From Xanthocytophaga flava (lineage in GTDB: Bacteria > Bacteroidota > Bacteroidia > Cytophagales > 172606-1): a DNA stretch of 64,000 nt. The notes under the pieces were generated by a model. It did no database searches and was not told the origin of the DNA. It saw only the letters and a program-made list of their open reading frames with translations. The translations under genes were made by a program, and so were the position numbers. Location of the stretch: assembly GCF_030068545.1 (NCBI RefSeq), contig NZ_JASJOR010000010.1, forward strand, positions 57,395 to 121,394, given 5' to 3'. Below are positions 19,431-28,678 of the stretch, piece after piece. The first letter of the stretch is position 1. Every line of letters starts with the position of its first letter.

Positions 19431-19976
19431 TTACTGCTTCTTTTCGCGGATTGTTTTTACAATTCGTACTGCCATCATAATCAATACAGCAAAGGCAATA
19501 AGCCCTACTACTCCCCATACCCAATCCAGTGTATTTTTCAAAACAACGAGAAATACAATAGCAAACAGAAAAATAGTTGCAACCTCATTGTAAAGTCGTA
19601 GTTGTAGGGAGGAGAACCGGAATTTGCCTGAACGCAATTCGTAGATCAGCTTGCGGCAAAAGAAATGATAAACGAGTAATCCTACCACAAAGGCCAGTTT
19701 TAGATGCAACCAGCCATGTGCAGCAAAGCTATCCCACCAGGTCCAATAAACTAATCCTGCTCCCGATAATACAGTAAGCCACATAGCAGGTACCATAATC
19801 GCATTAAAAAGTACTCGTTCCATTTTCTGAAACTGAGCCTGAATGATATCTCGTTCCAGATCTGGTTTCTGATTAGCCTCGGTATGATATACAAAAAGGC
19901 GAGGCAGATAAAATAAGCCAGCAAACCAGCTGACCACAAAAATAATATGAATAGCCTTGAGGTGTTCGTATTGCAT
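19431..19976 (-). CDS. hemJ: protoporphyrinogen IX oxidase HemJ-like (UPF0093/CopD-like membrane protein)
   Basis: The N-terminus MQYEHLKAIHIIFVVSWFAGLFYLPRLFVYH is the HemJ signature. It has four TM helices. Confidence 0.7.
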   Translation of the reverse strand: MQYEHLKAIHIIFVVSWFAGLFYLPRLFVYHTEANQKPDLERDIIQAQFQKMERVLFNAIMVPAMWLTVLSGAGLVYWTWWDSFAAHGWLHLKLAFVVGLLVYHFFCRKLIYELRSGKFRFSSLQLRLYNEVATIFLFAIVFLVVLKNTLDWVWGVVGLIAFAVLIMMAVRIVKTIREKKQ

Positions 19977-19994
19977 GCGTTTGGTACAGGTGCC

Positions 19995-20333
19995 TTATTG
20001 TTTTTTTGCCTTATATCCTTCTTTCTGTAATTCCTGCACAATCTTATCTCTGAAGTCTCCCTGAATCATGATCTCACTATCTTTCACAGATCCTCCTACT
20101 CCACATTTGGTTTTTAGCTTCTTAGCTAACACCTCCAGATCATCCGCTTTTCCGACAAAGCCTGTAACCAGTGTTACCTGCTTCCCGGCACGTCCCTTTT
20201 TATCTAGCAATACTTTTAAATTCTGTTGAGCCGGAGCCAGAGTTTCTGCTTCTTCATCCTGATTGTACGTATATTCAAAATCCTCATTGGTTGAATATAC
20301 AACGCCTTCGCGTCCTTTGTGTTTGTTCGACAT
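19995..20333 (-). CDS. translation initiation factor SUI1/YciH family
   Basis: MSNKHKGREGVVYSTNEDFEY...GRAGKQVTLVTGF...LKTKCGVGGSVK is the SUI1/eIF1 fold signature. The ORF track start at 20372 is an upstream extension. Confidence 0.75.
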   Translation of the reverse strand: MSNKHKGREGVVYSTNEDFEYTYNQDEEAETLAPAQQNLKVLLDKKGRAGKQVTLVTGFVGKADDLEVLAKKLKTKCGVGGSVKDSEIMIQGDFRDKIVQELQKEGYKAKKQ

Positions 20334-20482
20334 GGTCAAAAGAATAACTGTTTGTAAAACTAGCAGACACAAAAATAATAACTGCTATCATTTTTCCGGA
20401 AAAAACTTATAACTCTAGCATTTTTATAATATTTTAGAGTAAGTTTTGTACTTTAAATAGCCCCAACTCAACCTGATATCAT

Positions 20483-21601
20483 ATGAAAAAGTCACTTTAT
20501 ACCTTTTTTCTGGCATTGTTACTACTACCTGGCACCTTACTGGCTACAGATCCGCATACACTGGAAATTGGTGCATCAGCCCCAGATTTTAGTCTGCCAG
20601 GTACAGATGGAAAAACGTATACACTTAAAAGCTTTGCGAATGCCCCTATTCTGGTGGTTGTATTTACCTGTAATCATTGCCCTACCGCACAAGCATATGA
20701 AGATCGGGTGAAAAAACTGGCTGCTGATTACAAAAGCAAAGGAGTAGCACTGATAGCTATTTCGCCAAATGATCCTAAATCCGTCCGATTGGATGAGCTA
20801 GGCTATACAGACATGAGTGATACGTTTGAAGAAATGAAAATACGTGCCAAAGAAAAAGGCTATAACTTCCCCTATCTCTACGATGGTGATACACAGAAAA
20901 CCTCACTGGCATATGGAGCAGTAGCGACACCTCATGTGTTTATCTTTGACAAAGCCCGCAAGCTGCAGTATACTGGTCGCATAGATGACTCCGAAAAACC
21001 TGGGAGTACACCCAAAAATGATGATGCCCGGAATGCATTGGAAGCTATGCTGGCAGGGAAACCCGTACCTGTAGCAAAAACCAAAACATTTGGTTGCTCT
21101 GTCAAATGGATGGACAAACGGGATGGTGTAACCAAAGGATTTGAAGACTGGGCCAAAGAAGAAGTTAAACTAGAAACGATTACAGAAGATGGCCTGAAAG
21201 CTTTAGTAAAGAACGATTCTGACAAGTTACGCCTTATCAATGTATGGGCCACCTGGTGCGGTCCCTGTGTTACTGAGTTCCCTGACTTCATTTCGATAAA
21301 TCGTATGTATCGGGGACGGGATTTTGAGTTTGTTTCCATTAGTGCGGATAAACCGGATAAGAAAGAAAAAGCACTGGCTTTCCTGAAAAAGACACAAGCT
21401 TCGAATACTAACTATATCTTTGAGTCCGGAGATGTATATAAGATGATTGATATCATTGATCCAAAGTGGCAGGGAGCTTTACCTTATACATTACTGGTTG
21501 AGCCAGGTGGTAAAATTGTCTATGCCAAACAAGGTCCAATCAATCCTCAGGAATTGAAACGACTCATTGTTGATAATCATCTCATTGGCCGCTATTATTA
21601 A
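20483..21601 (+). CDS. secreted tandem thioredoxin-fold protein (N-terminal redoxin-like domain plus C-terminal TlpA-like WATWCGPC domain)
   Basis: Signal peptide present. The N-terminal domain is paralogous to the 34556 gene product. The C-terminal half has WATWCGPC, the TlpA/ResA-type CxxC. Confidence 0.7.
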   Translation: MKKSLYTFFLALLLLPGTLLATDPHTLEIGASAPDFSLPGTDGKTYTLKSFANAPILVVVFTCNHCPTAQAYEDRVKKLAADYKSKGVALIAISPNDPKSVRLDELGYTDMSDTFEEMKIRAKEKGYNFPYLYDGDTQKTSLAYGAVATPHVFIFDKARKLQYTGRIDDSEKPGSTPKNDDARNALEAMLAGKPVPVAKTKTFGCSVKWMDKRDGVTKGFEDWAKEEVKLETITEDGLKALVKNDSDKLRLINVWATWCGPCVTEFPDFISINRMYRGRDFEFVSISADKPDKKEKALAFLKKTQASNTNYIFESGDVYKMIDIIDPKWQGALPYTLLVEPGGKIVYAKQGPINPQELKRLIVDNHLIGRYY

Positions 21602-21608
21602 ACAGCCT

Positions 21609-21662
21609 TCTTTGCCAACATGTACTCTGAAGTACATGTTGGCAAAGAAAACAAAATATTTT
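21609..21662 (+). terminator. rho-independent terminator (perfect 18-bp stem TCTTTGCCAACATGTACT / AGTACATGTTGGCAAAGA, loop CTGA, then A/T-rich tract)
   Basis: Read directly from the sequence, immediately after the stop at 21601. Confidence 0.7.
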
Positions 21663-21716
21663 TTGACAGACAGGGTGATTGCTATGTAGTCAATGGTATT
21701 AACCCTAAAAAACACC

Positions 21717-22259
21717 ATGCAGGACACCGAAATCATTGCAGCAATTAAAGAACGTGACAATGCTGCCTTTAAGATTGTCTATACATTCTACTATCCAATG
21801 GTAGAGCACTTTGTGAAAAAGAATAGTGGGACTTCTGATGATGCAAGAGATGTTTTTCAGGAAGCTATTCTGGTGTTATTAGATAAGATCCCCAAAGAAG
21901 AATTCGAATTGACCAGCTCTTTAAAAACATATATTTTTTCCGTTGCCTCCAATATCTGGCTCAAGCGGTTACGGGAAGCACATCGAACTGCATCCTCCCT
22001 AACCACTCCACTAAGTGATGACTATTTATCTGAACTGGAACAGCAGGAAGATTCCTATATTCAAGCAAATCTGATTAAACGCATATTTATGCGGATTACC
22101 AAACCTTGCATCAAGATGCTGTCCAGCATCTTCCTGAGTGAACTCAAGCGGGAGATCCTAATGCGTCAGTTGGGATATAAAAACACACATTCTTTTGATA
22201 ACCAGAAATACAAATGTCTACAACAAGCCCGCAAATATTCAAAAGAAAATAGTTTGTAA
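21717..22259 (+). CDS. RNA polymerase sigma-70 factor, ECF subfamily
   Basis: Region-2-like FKIVYTFYYPMVEHFVKKN...DVFQEAILVL and a C-terminal HTH. No sizeable anti-sigma ORF lies downstream. Confidence 0.6.
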   Translation: MQDTEIIAAIKERDNAAFKIVYTFYYPMVEHFVKKNSGTSDDARDVFQEAILVLLDKIPKEEFELTSSLKTYIFSVASNIWLKRLREAHRTASSLTTPLSDDYLSELEQQEDSYIQANLIKRIFMRITKPCIKMLSSIFLSELKREILMRQLGYKNTHSFDNQKYKCLQQARKYSKENSL

Positions 22260-22574
22260 GAGGTGATTGTAAATGGAACACTGGTATTAACTTTCAAATA
22301 CCAGAAAGTACAATGACTACACAAACAATCTGTCCTTTACCGCCTTCGGTACAAAGTATTCACCAGTCCGGCAGGAAACACTACATTCGGGAGTTCCTTT
22401 TATTCTTTTTCCGTTTTGGGCTCTGCCCTATCTGCATTACGGCCAGTATAAGTTATGCCCTATATAAAGCTGTCAGAACACTAAAAAACTAATACAATAT
22501 TCATAATTATTTCCTGAACGCATCTGCAAAAGTTGTGCAGGCTCTCTATTTTCCAAAACTAATCAGTACTATTT

Positions 22575-23099
22575 ATGAAACTCTCTCAAAATCAGTCAGC
22601 TCCCTTGTTTAACACCGTTGACATATGGCAAAACACTGTTAGTCTGCAACATCAGCAGGGACATAAAATATATCTTGCCTTTATGCGTAATGCCGGATGT
22701 CCGGTTTGTAACCTGCGAGTCCATGAGCTACTTCAGAAAGCAGATCATTTTGCAAAACATAACATAAAGATCTGGTTGGTTTATGAATCCACGCCAGCTA
22801 AAATGAAAGAATATCTTTCTCAACAAAGTTATCCATTCATCTTTATTGCAGATCCCGAAAACAAGTTATATCAGTTATACAGTGTAGAACGGTCAACAGG
22901 TAAAGTATTGAAAAGTATATTCAATGGCATACTGGGAAAAGCCATGAAAGGCCAGAAACTCTATAAAGAAAAAATCTCACAGGATGGTCATACCAACACT
23001 ATTCCAGCTGAGTTTCTCATTGATGAAAAAGGAAGATTACAGATTGTACATTATGGCACTCATATAGGCGATCACCTTCCAATAGAGCAACTCCGTTAG
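22575..23099 (+). CDS. thioredoxin-fold protein, AhpC/TSA-like (CPVC motif)
   Basis: YLAFMRNAGCPVCNLRVHEL is a redoxin-type CxxC motif. 174 aa. Confidence 0.6.
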   Translation: MKLSQNQSAPLFNTVDIWQNTVSLQHQQGHKIYLAFMRNAGCPVCNLRVHELLQKADHFAKHNIKIWLVYESTPAKMKEYLSQQSYPFIFIADPENKLYQLYSVERSTGKVLKSIFNGILGKAMKGQKLYKEKISQDGHTNTIPAEFLIDEKGRLQIVHYGTHIGDHLPIEQLR

Positions 23100-23194
23100 C
23101 AATCTGACAAAACCAGCAAAAACAAAATTGAAGAATAACCTAAAAACAACCAGAGGCTACAAACATAAACTCTGGTTGTAAAACTCGTGATTAC

Positions 23195-24091
23195 TCAAAA
23201 TCCTCTCTTACTCAGATCAGGTAACCATACTCGTAAACTACCAGGCTTGATATGCACTTCTAAACGAGCATCCATCATCATAGGTTCCCCATCGATATGT
23301 ACAGGTGCATCTGCCGAACGTTCAATGATAGCTTTTGCAGTTGGCATCACTTTTAAATACGAAGAAGTATGCAATGTCTTTCCAAACAACTGCACTCCCA
23401 GTGGCACCGCCATAGGTGACGGAAACGGACGCATCAGGCACACATCCACTAGTCCATCTGCAATATCTGCTTGCGGAGAGATGTATGCATTATTTCCATA
23501 CTGTCCTGCATTGGCAAAACTCACTAGAAACGATTCAGAATCAAATGTTGATCCGTTTAGTGTAATGAGATAGCGATCGGGACGGTAGTTAAAAAATTCT
23601 GATAGCGTTGTCTTTATATAGGTTTGAAACCCTCGACGTGTTTGCTGGTCAAACTTCAATCCGATATAGGCGTCAAAGCCTGTTCCTGCTACACAGAAAA
23701 ACGGACGGCCATTTAAGGTACAACTGTCGATTATTTTTTCGCGGGCTGTATTCAGCATCTGAATAGCCTTTTCCGTTTTCAGCGGAATTCCCAGGTGTCG
23801 GGCTAATCCATTTCCTGATCCTAAAGGAATAATACTTAACGCAGTCTGTGTACCAACTAATGCAGCAGCAGTCTCATTCATTGTTCCATCCCCTCCTACC
23901 GCTACAACACAATGTGCACCATCATTTGCAGCCTGAGCAGCAATCTCAGTTGCATGGCTTTTAGCTTTGGTATAGATTATATCATACTCAATCACCTGCT
24001 TATCAATATACAACTTGATAAGGTCTTCAATCCTGGCTTTGGATCGGGTACCAGCCCGCGGATTGACGACAAAAACAATATTCTTTTTCAA
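23195..24091 (-). CDS. diacylglycerol/lipid kinase family protein (YegS/DagK-like)
   Basis: MKKNIVFVVNPRAGTRS...VVAVGGDGTMNE is the DAGK catalytic-domain signature. Confidence 0.8.
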   Translation of the reverse strand: MKKNIVFVVNPRAGTRSKARIEDLIKLYIDKQVIEYDIIYTKAKSHATEIAAQAANDGAHCVVAVGGDGTMNETAAALVGTQTALSIIPLGSGNGLARHLGIPLKTEKAIQMLNTAREKIIDSCTLNGRPFFCVAGTGFDAYIGLKFDQQTRRGFQTYIKTTLSEFFNYRPDRYLITLNGSTFDSESFLVSFANAGQYGNNAYISPQADIADGLVDVCLMRPFPSPMAVPLGVQLFGKTLHTSSYLKVMPTAKAIIERSADAPVHIDGEPMMMDARLEVHIKPGSLRVWLPDLSKRGF

Positions 24092-24389
24092 GGGTGTCCT
24101 GTTTAACTTTCTTGTTACTTATAATCATTTCTTAAATTCTCAAAAACTTCCCATAAACTCATACCCACTTGATACAATCAGAGCTATAGACCAAAGTACT
24201 ACATGTGTAAATGTTCCGATTGCTGTATTATCCATGATCCCCAGAGTACTATTCCGGCAAGAAGTAAAACTACAGAAAAAACATCTTTTAAATCCTGTAA
24301 ATATATACCGGATTTACCTCTAGAAAAATCATAAATGTATGGACTCAGAATGAGGCACAAAAAGCAATTAAAACCCAATACCCCAGAGT

Positions 24390-24662
24390 TTATCCTTTTA
24401 GAAAGTGAACTGTCTCAACAACATCTGCACTTCCTATTATCCAACAAATCCACACAAAACTAAATACCAGTGCATTGTCGGTTTGTGTGACTATACTTAC
24501 AATGATCAACAAACACATAAAACAATTTTTGATAAGTTCCCTGTTATCTGGTGATTTAACCCTACCAGATAAATAATCCATCAAAAACGGAAGAGAGATA
24601 CACACAAAAAAGGCAATACAAACAATTATCCCTGTCATTGGAAAATAAATTAGCCTCCACAA
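24390..24662 (-). CDS. hypothetical small membrane protein
   Basis: 90 aa with two or three hydrophobic helices. Support comes only from ORF length and hydrophobicity. Confidence 0.3.
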   Translation of the reverse strand: MWRLIYFPMTGIIVCIAFFVCISLPFLMDYLSGRVKSPDNRELIKNCFMCLLIIVSIVTQTDNALVFSFVWICWIIGSADVVETVHFLKG

Positions 24663-24744
24663 AATAAAAAAACTTCCTGAGTTGATGTTTCAGGAAGTTT
24701 CTCAGGTAATACACCTGTAATATTATAGGGCAAGTTACAAAGAC

Positions 24745-25590
24745 TTATCCCAGGTGGAATGTTAAAACCGGACGCAAAGCATGGTTTACAATATCTTCTG
24801 CAATGCTTCCTAACAACAGATGTGAAAATCCGGTGCGACCATGCGTAGCCACTGCAATCACGTCAGCATCTACCTCATCTGCAAAGTGAATGATACCACG
24901 TTCTTCAGTTTCATCATTATATGAATGAAACTCATAGTTTGTCAGCCCGTGTTTAGTAACAAACTGCTCTACTCTTTCCCGAATAGTACGACTGGACGAG
25001 AAAGAGAAAATAGTATTAACATACAGCAAGTACAAGTGTGCCCCAAAGATAGTCTGGAATTGTTTCAGTTGTTCAGTCACTGCTGTCTGATCACCATCAA
25101 AGTTAGTGGCAAACACAATCTTTTTCATATCAAACACTTCTGGAAGATTACGTACACTCAGTACCGGACAACCTACCTGACGCACTACCTTTTCTGTATT
25201 CGAACCGATCAAGGCACCCGAGAATCCGCTGGCACCGTTTGTTCCCATTACTACCAGATCAATACCTTGTCCTGTTACATATTCCCGTACTAACCGAAAC
25301 ATCTGTCCAATCTCAACCATGTGAAAAACGGTAACTTCATCATCAATGGTATCAATCAATTCCAGCATTCGTTTTTTGTTTACCTCCAGCAGCTTCAACA
25401 CAAATAGTTTATCCATTGCAGAAGAATCTGCTTCTACATCCCCCAAAGCACTGAACCCTACATTGCCGACATATTCTTCAATGTGCAGCAAATGAATCTC
25501 TGCACCGCATTTTTTAGCAATCTGAATAGCCACTTTCAGTGCATTATTGGCCTGTTCAGAAAAGTCTGTAGGAATTAATATTTTTTTCAT
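24745..25590 (-). CDS. universal stress protein (tandem UspA domains)
   Basis: MKKILIPTDFSEQANNALKVAI...HLLHI is followed by a second Usp domain (VVMGTNGASGF...; VIAVATHGRTGFSHLLLGS). Confidence 0.8.
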   Translation of the reverse strand: MKKILIPTDFSEQANNALKVAIQIAKKCGAEIHLLHIEEYVGNVGFSALGDVEADSSAMDKLFVLKLLEVNKKRMLELIDTIDDEVTVFHMVEIGQMFRLVREYVTGQGIDLVVMGTNGASGFSGALIGSNTEKVVRQVGCPVLSVRNLPEVFDMKKIVFATNFDGDQTAVTEQLKQFQTIFGAHLYLLYVNTIFSFSSSRTIRERVEQFVTKHGLTNYEFHSYNDETEERGIIHFADEVDADVIAVATHGRTGFSHLLLGSIAEDIVNHALRPVLTFHLG

Positions 25591-25879
25591 TGGAAAAAAT
25601 TGAGAGAGATTAATAAACGATTAAATTATTTTAAGAAAAAATATGTTACAGGAAAAAGCACTTTTATTACATTCGCTTACCAGAATGTCTCTGAAAGGTA
25701 GAAAAATCACTATCGAAACCAAAATCTGTCAGAAGGTTTCAGAATTATTGAAGTAATATAATTTCTAAATTTATTTTTTTCTGAAATCATATGACATCTT
25801 AACACCTGTTTTTTCTCATTTTAAAGTTAATTTTTATTCTACCTTTTCATTCAGTTTATTTTTATCCAATCTTACAACA

Positions 25880-27508
25880 ATGAATGATTTCGTAACACAA
25901 ATCACCAGCATTTTTCCCGAAGAAGACCAAATCCCTGAAGAATTCCGATTGAAAAGCCTCGTAAACCAGAAAGAATACCTGGTTAATGGGGAATTACGTC
26001 GTTGGGATGGCCCTACCAGTGAGGTATACTCTCCTGTTTGTATTCGTTCAGCAGAGGGTTTAAAACGTACACTGATAGGCAGTTATCCAATTGCTACTGA
26101 AAAAGAAGCACTGGAGGCTCTGGAAGCAGCCGAACAAGCCTTTAACCATGGTCGGGGTGAATGGCCTACCATGTCAGTAGCTGAACGCATTGCCTGTATG
26201 GAAAAGTTTACAGCCCGTATGATTGAGAAAAAACAGGAGGTTGTAAGCTTACTGATGTGGGAAATCGGAAAATCTCAGGCTGATTCTATCAAGGAATTTG
26301 ACCGGACAGTGGAATATATCTACGATACCATTGACTGCCTTAAAGACATTGACAGAGCCTCTTCCCGTTTTAAAATCGAACAAGGCATTATCGGTCAGAT
26401 TCGTCGCTCTCCATTGGGAGTAGTTCTATGTATGGGGCCATTCAATTATCCATTGAATGAAACCTATACCACACTGATTCCTGCTATTCTGATGGGTAAT
26501 ACTATCCTATTCAAACCTCCAAAACATGGTTCATTGTTGCACTATCCAATGCTGGAAGCTTTCCGCGATTGCTTCCCGAAAGGTGTGGTAAATACTATCT
26601 ATGGCCGTGGTAGCAGTGTAGTACCTGCTCTAATGGAATCAGGAAGAATCAATGTGTTAACACTGATTGGTTCCAGCCGTGTAGCCAATGACCTCAAAAA
26701 AATGCACCCAAAGGTAAACCGGTTACGGGCAGTGTTAGGTCTGGATGCTAAAAACGCAGCGATTGTTCTCAAAAATGCAGACCTGGATCTGACAGTGAAA
26801 GAATGTATCCTGGGCACTTTGTCTTTTAATGGACAACGTTGTACAGCGATTAAGATGATTTTTGTTCACCGTTCCATTGCACCTGTATTTCTGGAACGTC
26901 TGTCTGATGCTATCAGCAAGATGAAGTATGGTATGCCTTGGGAAAAAGGAGTTAACCTTACCCCTCTGCCCGAGCCAAACAAACCAGCCTATCTGACTGA
27001 ATGCATTGAAGATGCTAAAGCACATGGCGCATCGGTAGTCAACGAACACGGAGGGGCACAGGCAGGTTCGTTCTTCTATCCAGCAGTAGTGTATCCTGTA
27101 AACAGAAATATGAAACTGTATCGTGAAGAACAGTTTGGACCTATTATTCCGGTTATACCATTCGATGATATTGAAGAGCCTATCGACTATATCATTGAGT
27201 CTGACCATGGTCAACAGGTGAGTATCTTTGGAACTAACACCGATCAGATTGCCAATCTTATTGATCCATTGGTTAACCAGGTATCACGGGTTAATATCAA
27301 TGCTCAGTGTCAGCGTGGACCAGATGTATTTCCATTCACAGGCCGCAAAGATTCGGCAGAAGGTACTTTATCTGTAGAAGATGCCTTGCGTTCATTCTCG
27401 ATCCGAACATTGGTGGCAACCAAAGAAACTAACGAAAACAAAGCTATTCTGAATGACATCATAGAAAGCAATAAATCGAAGTTTCTGTCAACCAAGTATA
27501 TTTTCTAA
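25880..27508 (+). CDS. gapN: NADP-dependent non-phosphorylating glyceraldehyde-3-phosphate dehydrogenase (ALDH superfamily, GapN-like)
   Basis: MGPFNYPLNE, FKPP, GQRCTAIK and QRGPDVFPFTGRKDSAEG closely parallel the GapN motifs ISPFNYPVNL, GQRCTAVK and QRGTDNFPFLGAKKSG. Confidence 0.75.
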   Translation: MNDFVTQITSIFPEEDQIPEEFRLKSLVNQKEYLVNGELRRWDGPTSEVYSPVCIRSAEGLKRTLIGSYPIATEKEALEALEAAEQAFNHGRGEWPTMSVAERIACMEKFTARMIEKKQEVVSLLMWEIGKSQADSIKEFDRTVEYIYDTIDCLKDIDRASSRFKIEQGIIGQIRRSPLGVVLCMGPFNYPLNETYTTLIPAILMGNTILFKPPKHGSLLHYPMLEAFRDCFPKGVVNTIYGRGSSVVPALMESGRINVLTLIGSSRVANDLKKMHPKVNRLRAVLGLDAKNAAIVLKNADLDLTVKECILGTLSFNGQRCTAIKMIFVHRSIAPVFLERLSDAISKMKYGMPWEKGVNLTPLPEPNKPAYLTECIEDAKAHGASVVNEHGGAQAGSFFYPAVVYPVNRNMKLYREEQFGPIIPVIPFDDIEEPIDYIIESDHGQQVSIFGTNTDQIANLIDPLVNQVSRVNINAQCQRGPDVFPFTGRKDSAEGTLSVEDALRSFSIRTLVATKETNENKAILNDIIESNKSKFLSTKYIF

Positions 27509-27512
27509 AAGA

Positions 27513-27546
27513 AAGGGGGCGAAATTACTTTCGTCCCCTTTTTTAA
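27513..27546 (+). terminator. rho-independent terminator (AAGGGGGCGAAA-ttac-TTTCGTCCCCTT followed by TTTTTT)
   Basis: Read directly after the gapN-like stop. Confidence 0.75.
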
Positions 27547-27608
27547 TCCTATCATCAATTCCTCAGTATCATTCTGCATGGAATCTGAGTAATCTTTGAA
27601 TCTGACCA

Positions 27609-28484
27609 TTACTTATCCAGAGTTTGTCGTAGACTTTCGATAAATTCTTCTGTTACATCAAAATAAGAAGCCAGTTGCTGAGTAGTCAGCATACCATCTT
27701 TTAGAAATTTGAGAATAGTAACTGTCTTCTCTTCCAGTTTTCCCTCCAGACGGCCTTCTAGACGACCTTCCAAACGACCTTCCAAACGACCTCTTTCTTC
27801 GCCTTTTTGTTCACCTCTTTTGAAGAGAATATCATCTTCTTCTTTGATATATTGGGATATAGATTCTATCATGATTTCTACAAAGGGTGTTAGTTTACGC
27901 AAGTTAGCCAATACTCTTAATTGTTGCAAGTGTTTATCCCGTTCTACTTTACTAGTTGAAGTCTCGTTTAATCGTTGTACAATCAAACTAGCCGCAGTTT
28001 CAGGAGTAGTATTGCCAAAATTCCCTAATACAGCAAAGACCACTTCATCACCTTTATCTGAGGAGAGAAAGAGCCCATAGTCAATGGTAGAAAATTGGAC
28101 CAGATAAAATGAAAATGTAAGATTTTCCTGTTCAATATGCGTTTCCATAGTTGGTTTCTGTTCGGAGAGGAAAACCACATATTGTTTAACTGGCAGCTTG
28201 TATTTTCGAGACAGAATACCCATATACTCCAGCATGCGATACACCATATCCGGTTCATCAGCAAGTTGAAACTCAATCTGTAATAAAAAGGTTGCCCCTT
28301 GTTTATCTGTAACTTTCAGTAGTTGGTCAGGCTTTCGCTCAAGTGTACGTTGCAATTCCTGTGACATCATCTCATAGGAAGCTACCTGAATCTGAAATAC
28401 TTTCTCAATCAGGGCCAGAGTAACAGACTCCAGATTTTCTTTGAATATTTTATCATATTGATTGCCTTCTTTTTTGGTGCTCAT
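27609..28484 (-). CDS. Rpn-family recombination-promoting nuclease / putative transposase (PD-(D/E)XK, YhgA-like) with a DUF4351-like repeat tail
   Basis: N-terminal DKIFKENLE and a core with EFQ...D...YRMLEY are typical of PDDEXK_7/Rpn. The C-terminal ERGRLEGRLEGRLEGRLEGKLEE repeat lies upstream of a helical tail. Confidence 0.65.
   Translation of the reverse strand: MSTKKEGNQYDKIFKENLESVTLALIEKVFQIQVASYEMMSQELQRTLERKPDQLLKVTDKQGATFLLQIEFQLADEPDMVYRMLEYMGILSRKYKLPVKQYVVFLSEQKPTMETHIEQENLTFSFYLVQFSTIDYGLFLSSDKGDEVVFAVLGNFGNTTPETAASLIVQRLNETSTSKVERDKHLQQLRVLANLRKLTPFVEIMIESISQYIKEEDDILFKRGEQKGEERGRLEGRLEGRLEGRLEGKLEEKTVTILKFLKDGMLTTQQLASYFDVTEEFIESLRQTLDK
27742..27789. repeat. 12-bp tandem repeat x4 (CCTTCCA[GA]ACG[GA]) inside the Rpn-like CDS, encoding (RLEG)4
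   Basis: CCCTCCAGACGG CCTTCTAGACGA CCTTCCAAACGA CCTTCCAAACGA. It is in-frame, so it is coding and not a CRISPR array. Confidence 0.8.
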
Positions 28485-28678
28485 ATAAGTATAAAAAGTA
28501 AAATAGACAGCATTTGCAAACTTTCAGGCTTTGATAATCATAATTATCCAAAGGTTCACTGATAGAATCAACTAGCATGATACTGGAATAAGAATGTGTT
28601 TATCGCCTGAAAATATCAATTTTTTGCAACTAATTTGAATTAGCTTTGTGCCAGCATTAAATTACATTCTGTTCACAA

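Noticed and set aside
24015-24323. Plus-strand 102-aa ORF overlapping the DAGK gene start and upstream region
   Set aside because: It overlaps the 5' end of a confident minus-strand CDS and has low-complexity composition. It is probably spurious.
27742-27789. Possible mini-CRISPR array (short tandem repeats)
   Set aside because: The repeats are directly adjacent 12-mers with no spacers, and they are in-frame within a CDS. No cas genes are nearby. This is not CRISPR.
27709-28080. Plus-strand ORF with RRPSRRPSKRPSKRP repeats
   Set aside because: It is the antisense reading of the 12-bp tandem repeat inside the Rpn-like gene. The sense frame gives the sensible (RLEG)n, and the surrounding nuclease domain is on the minus strand.
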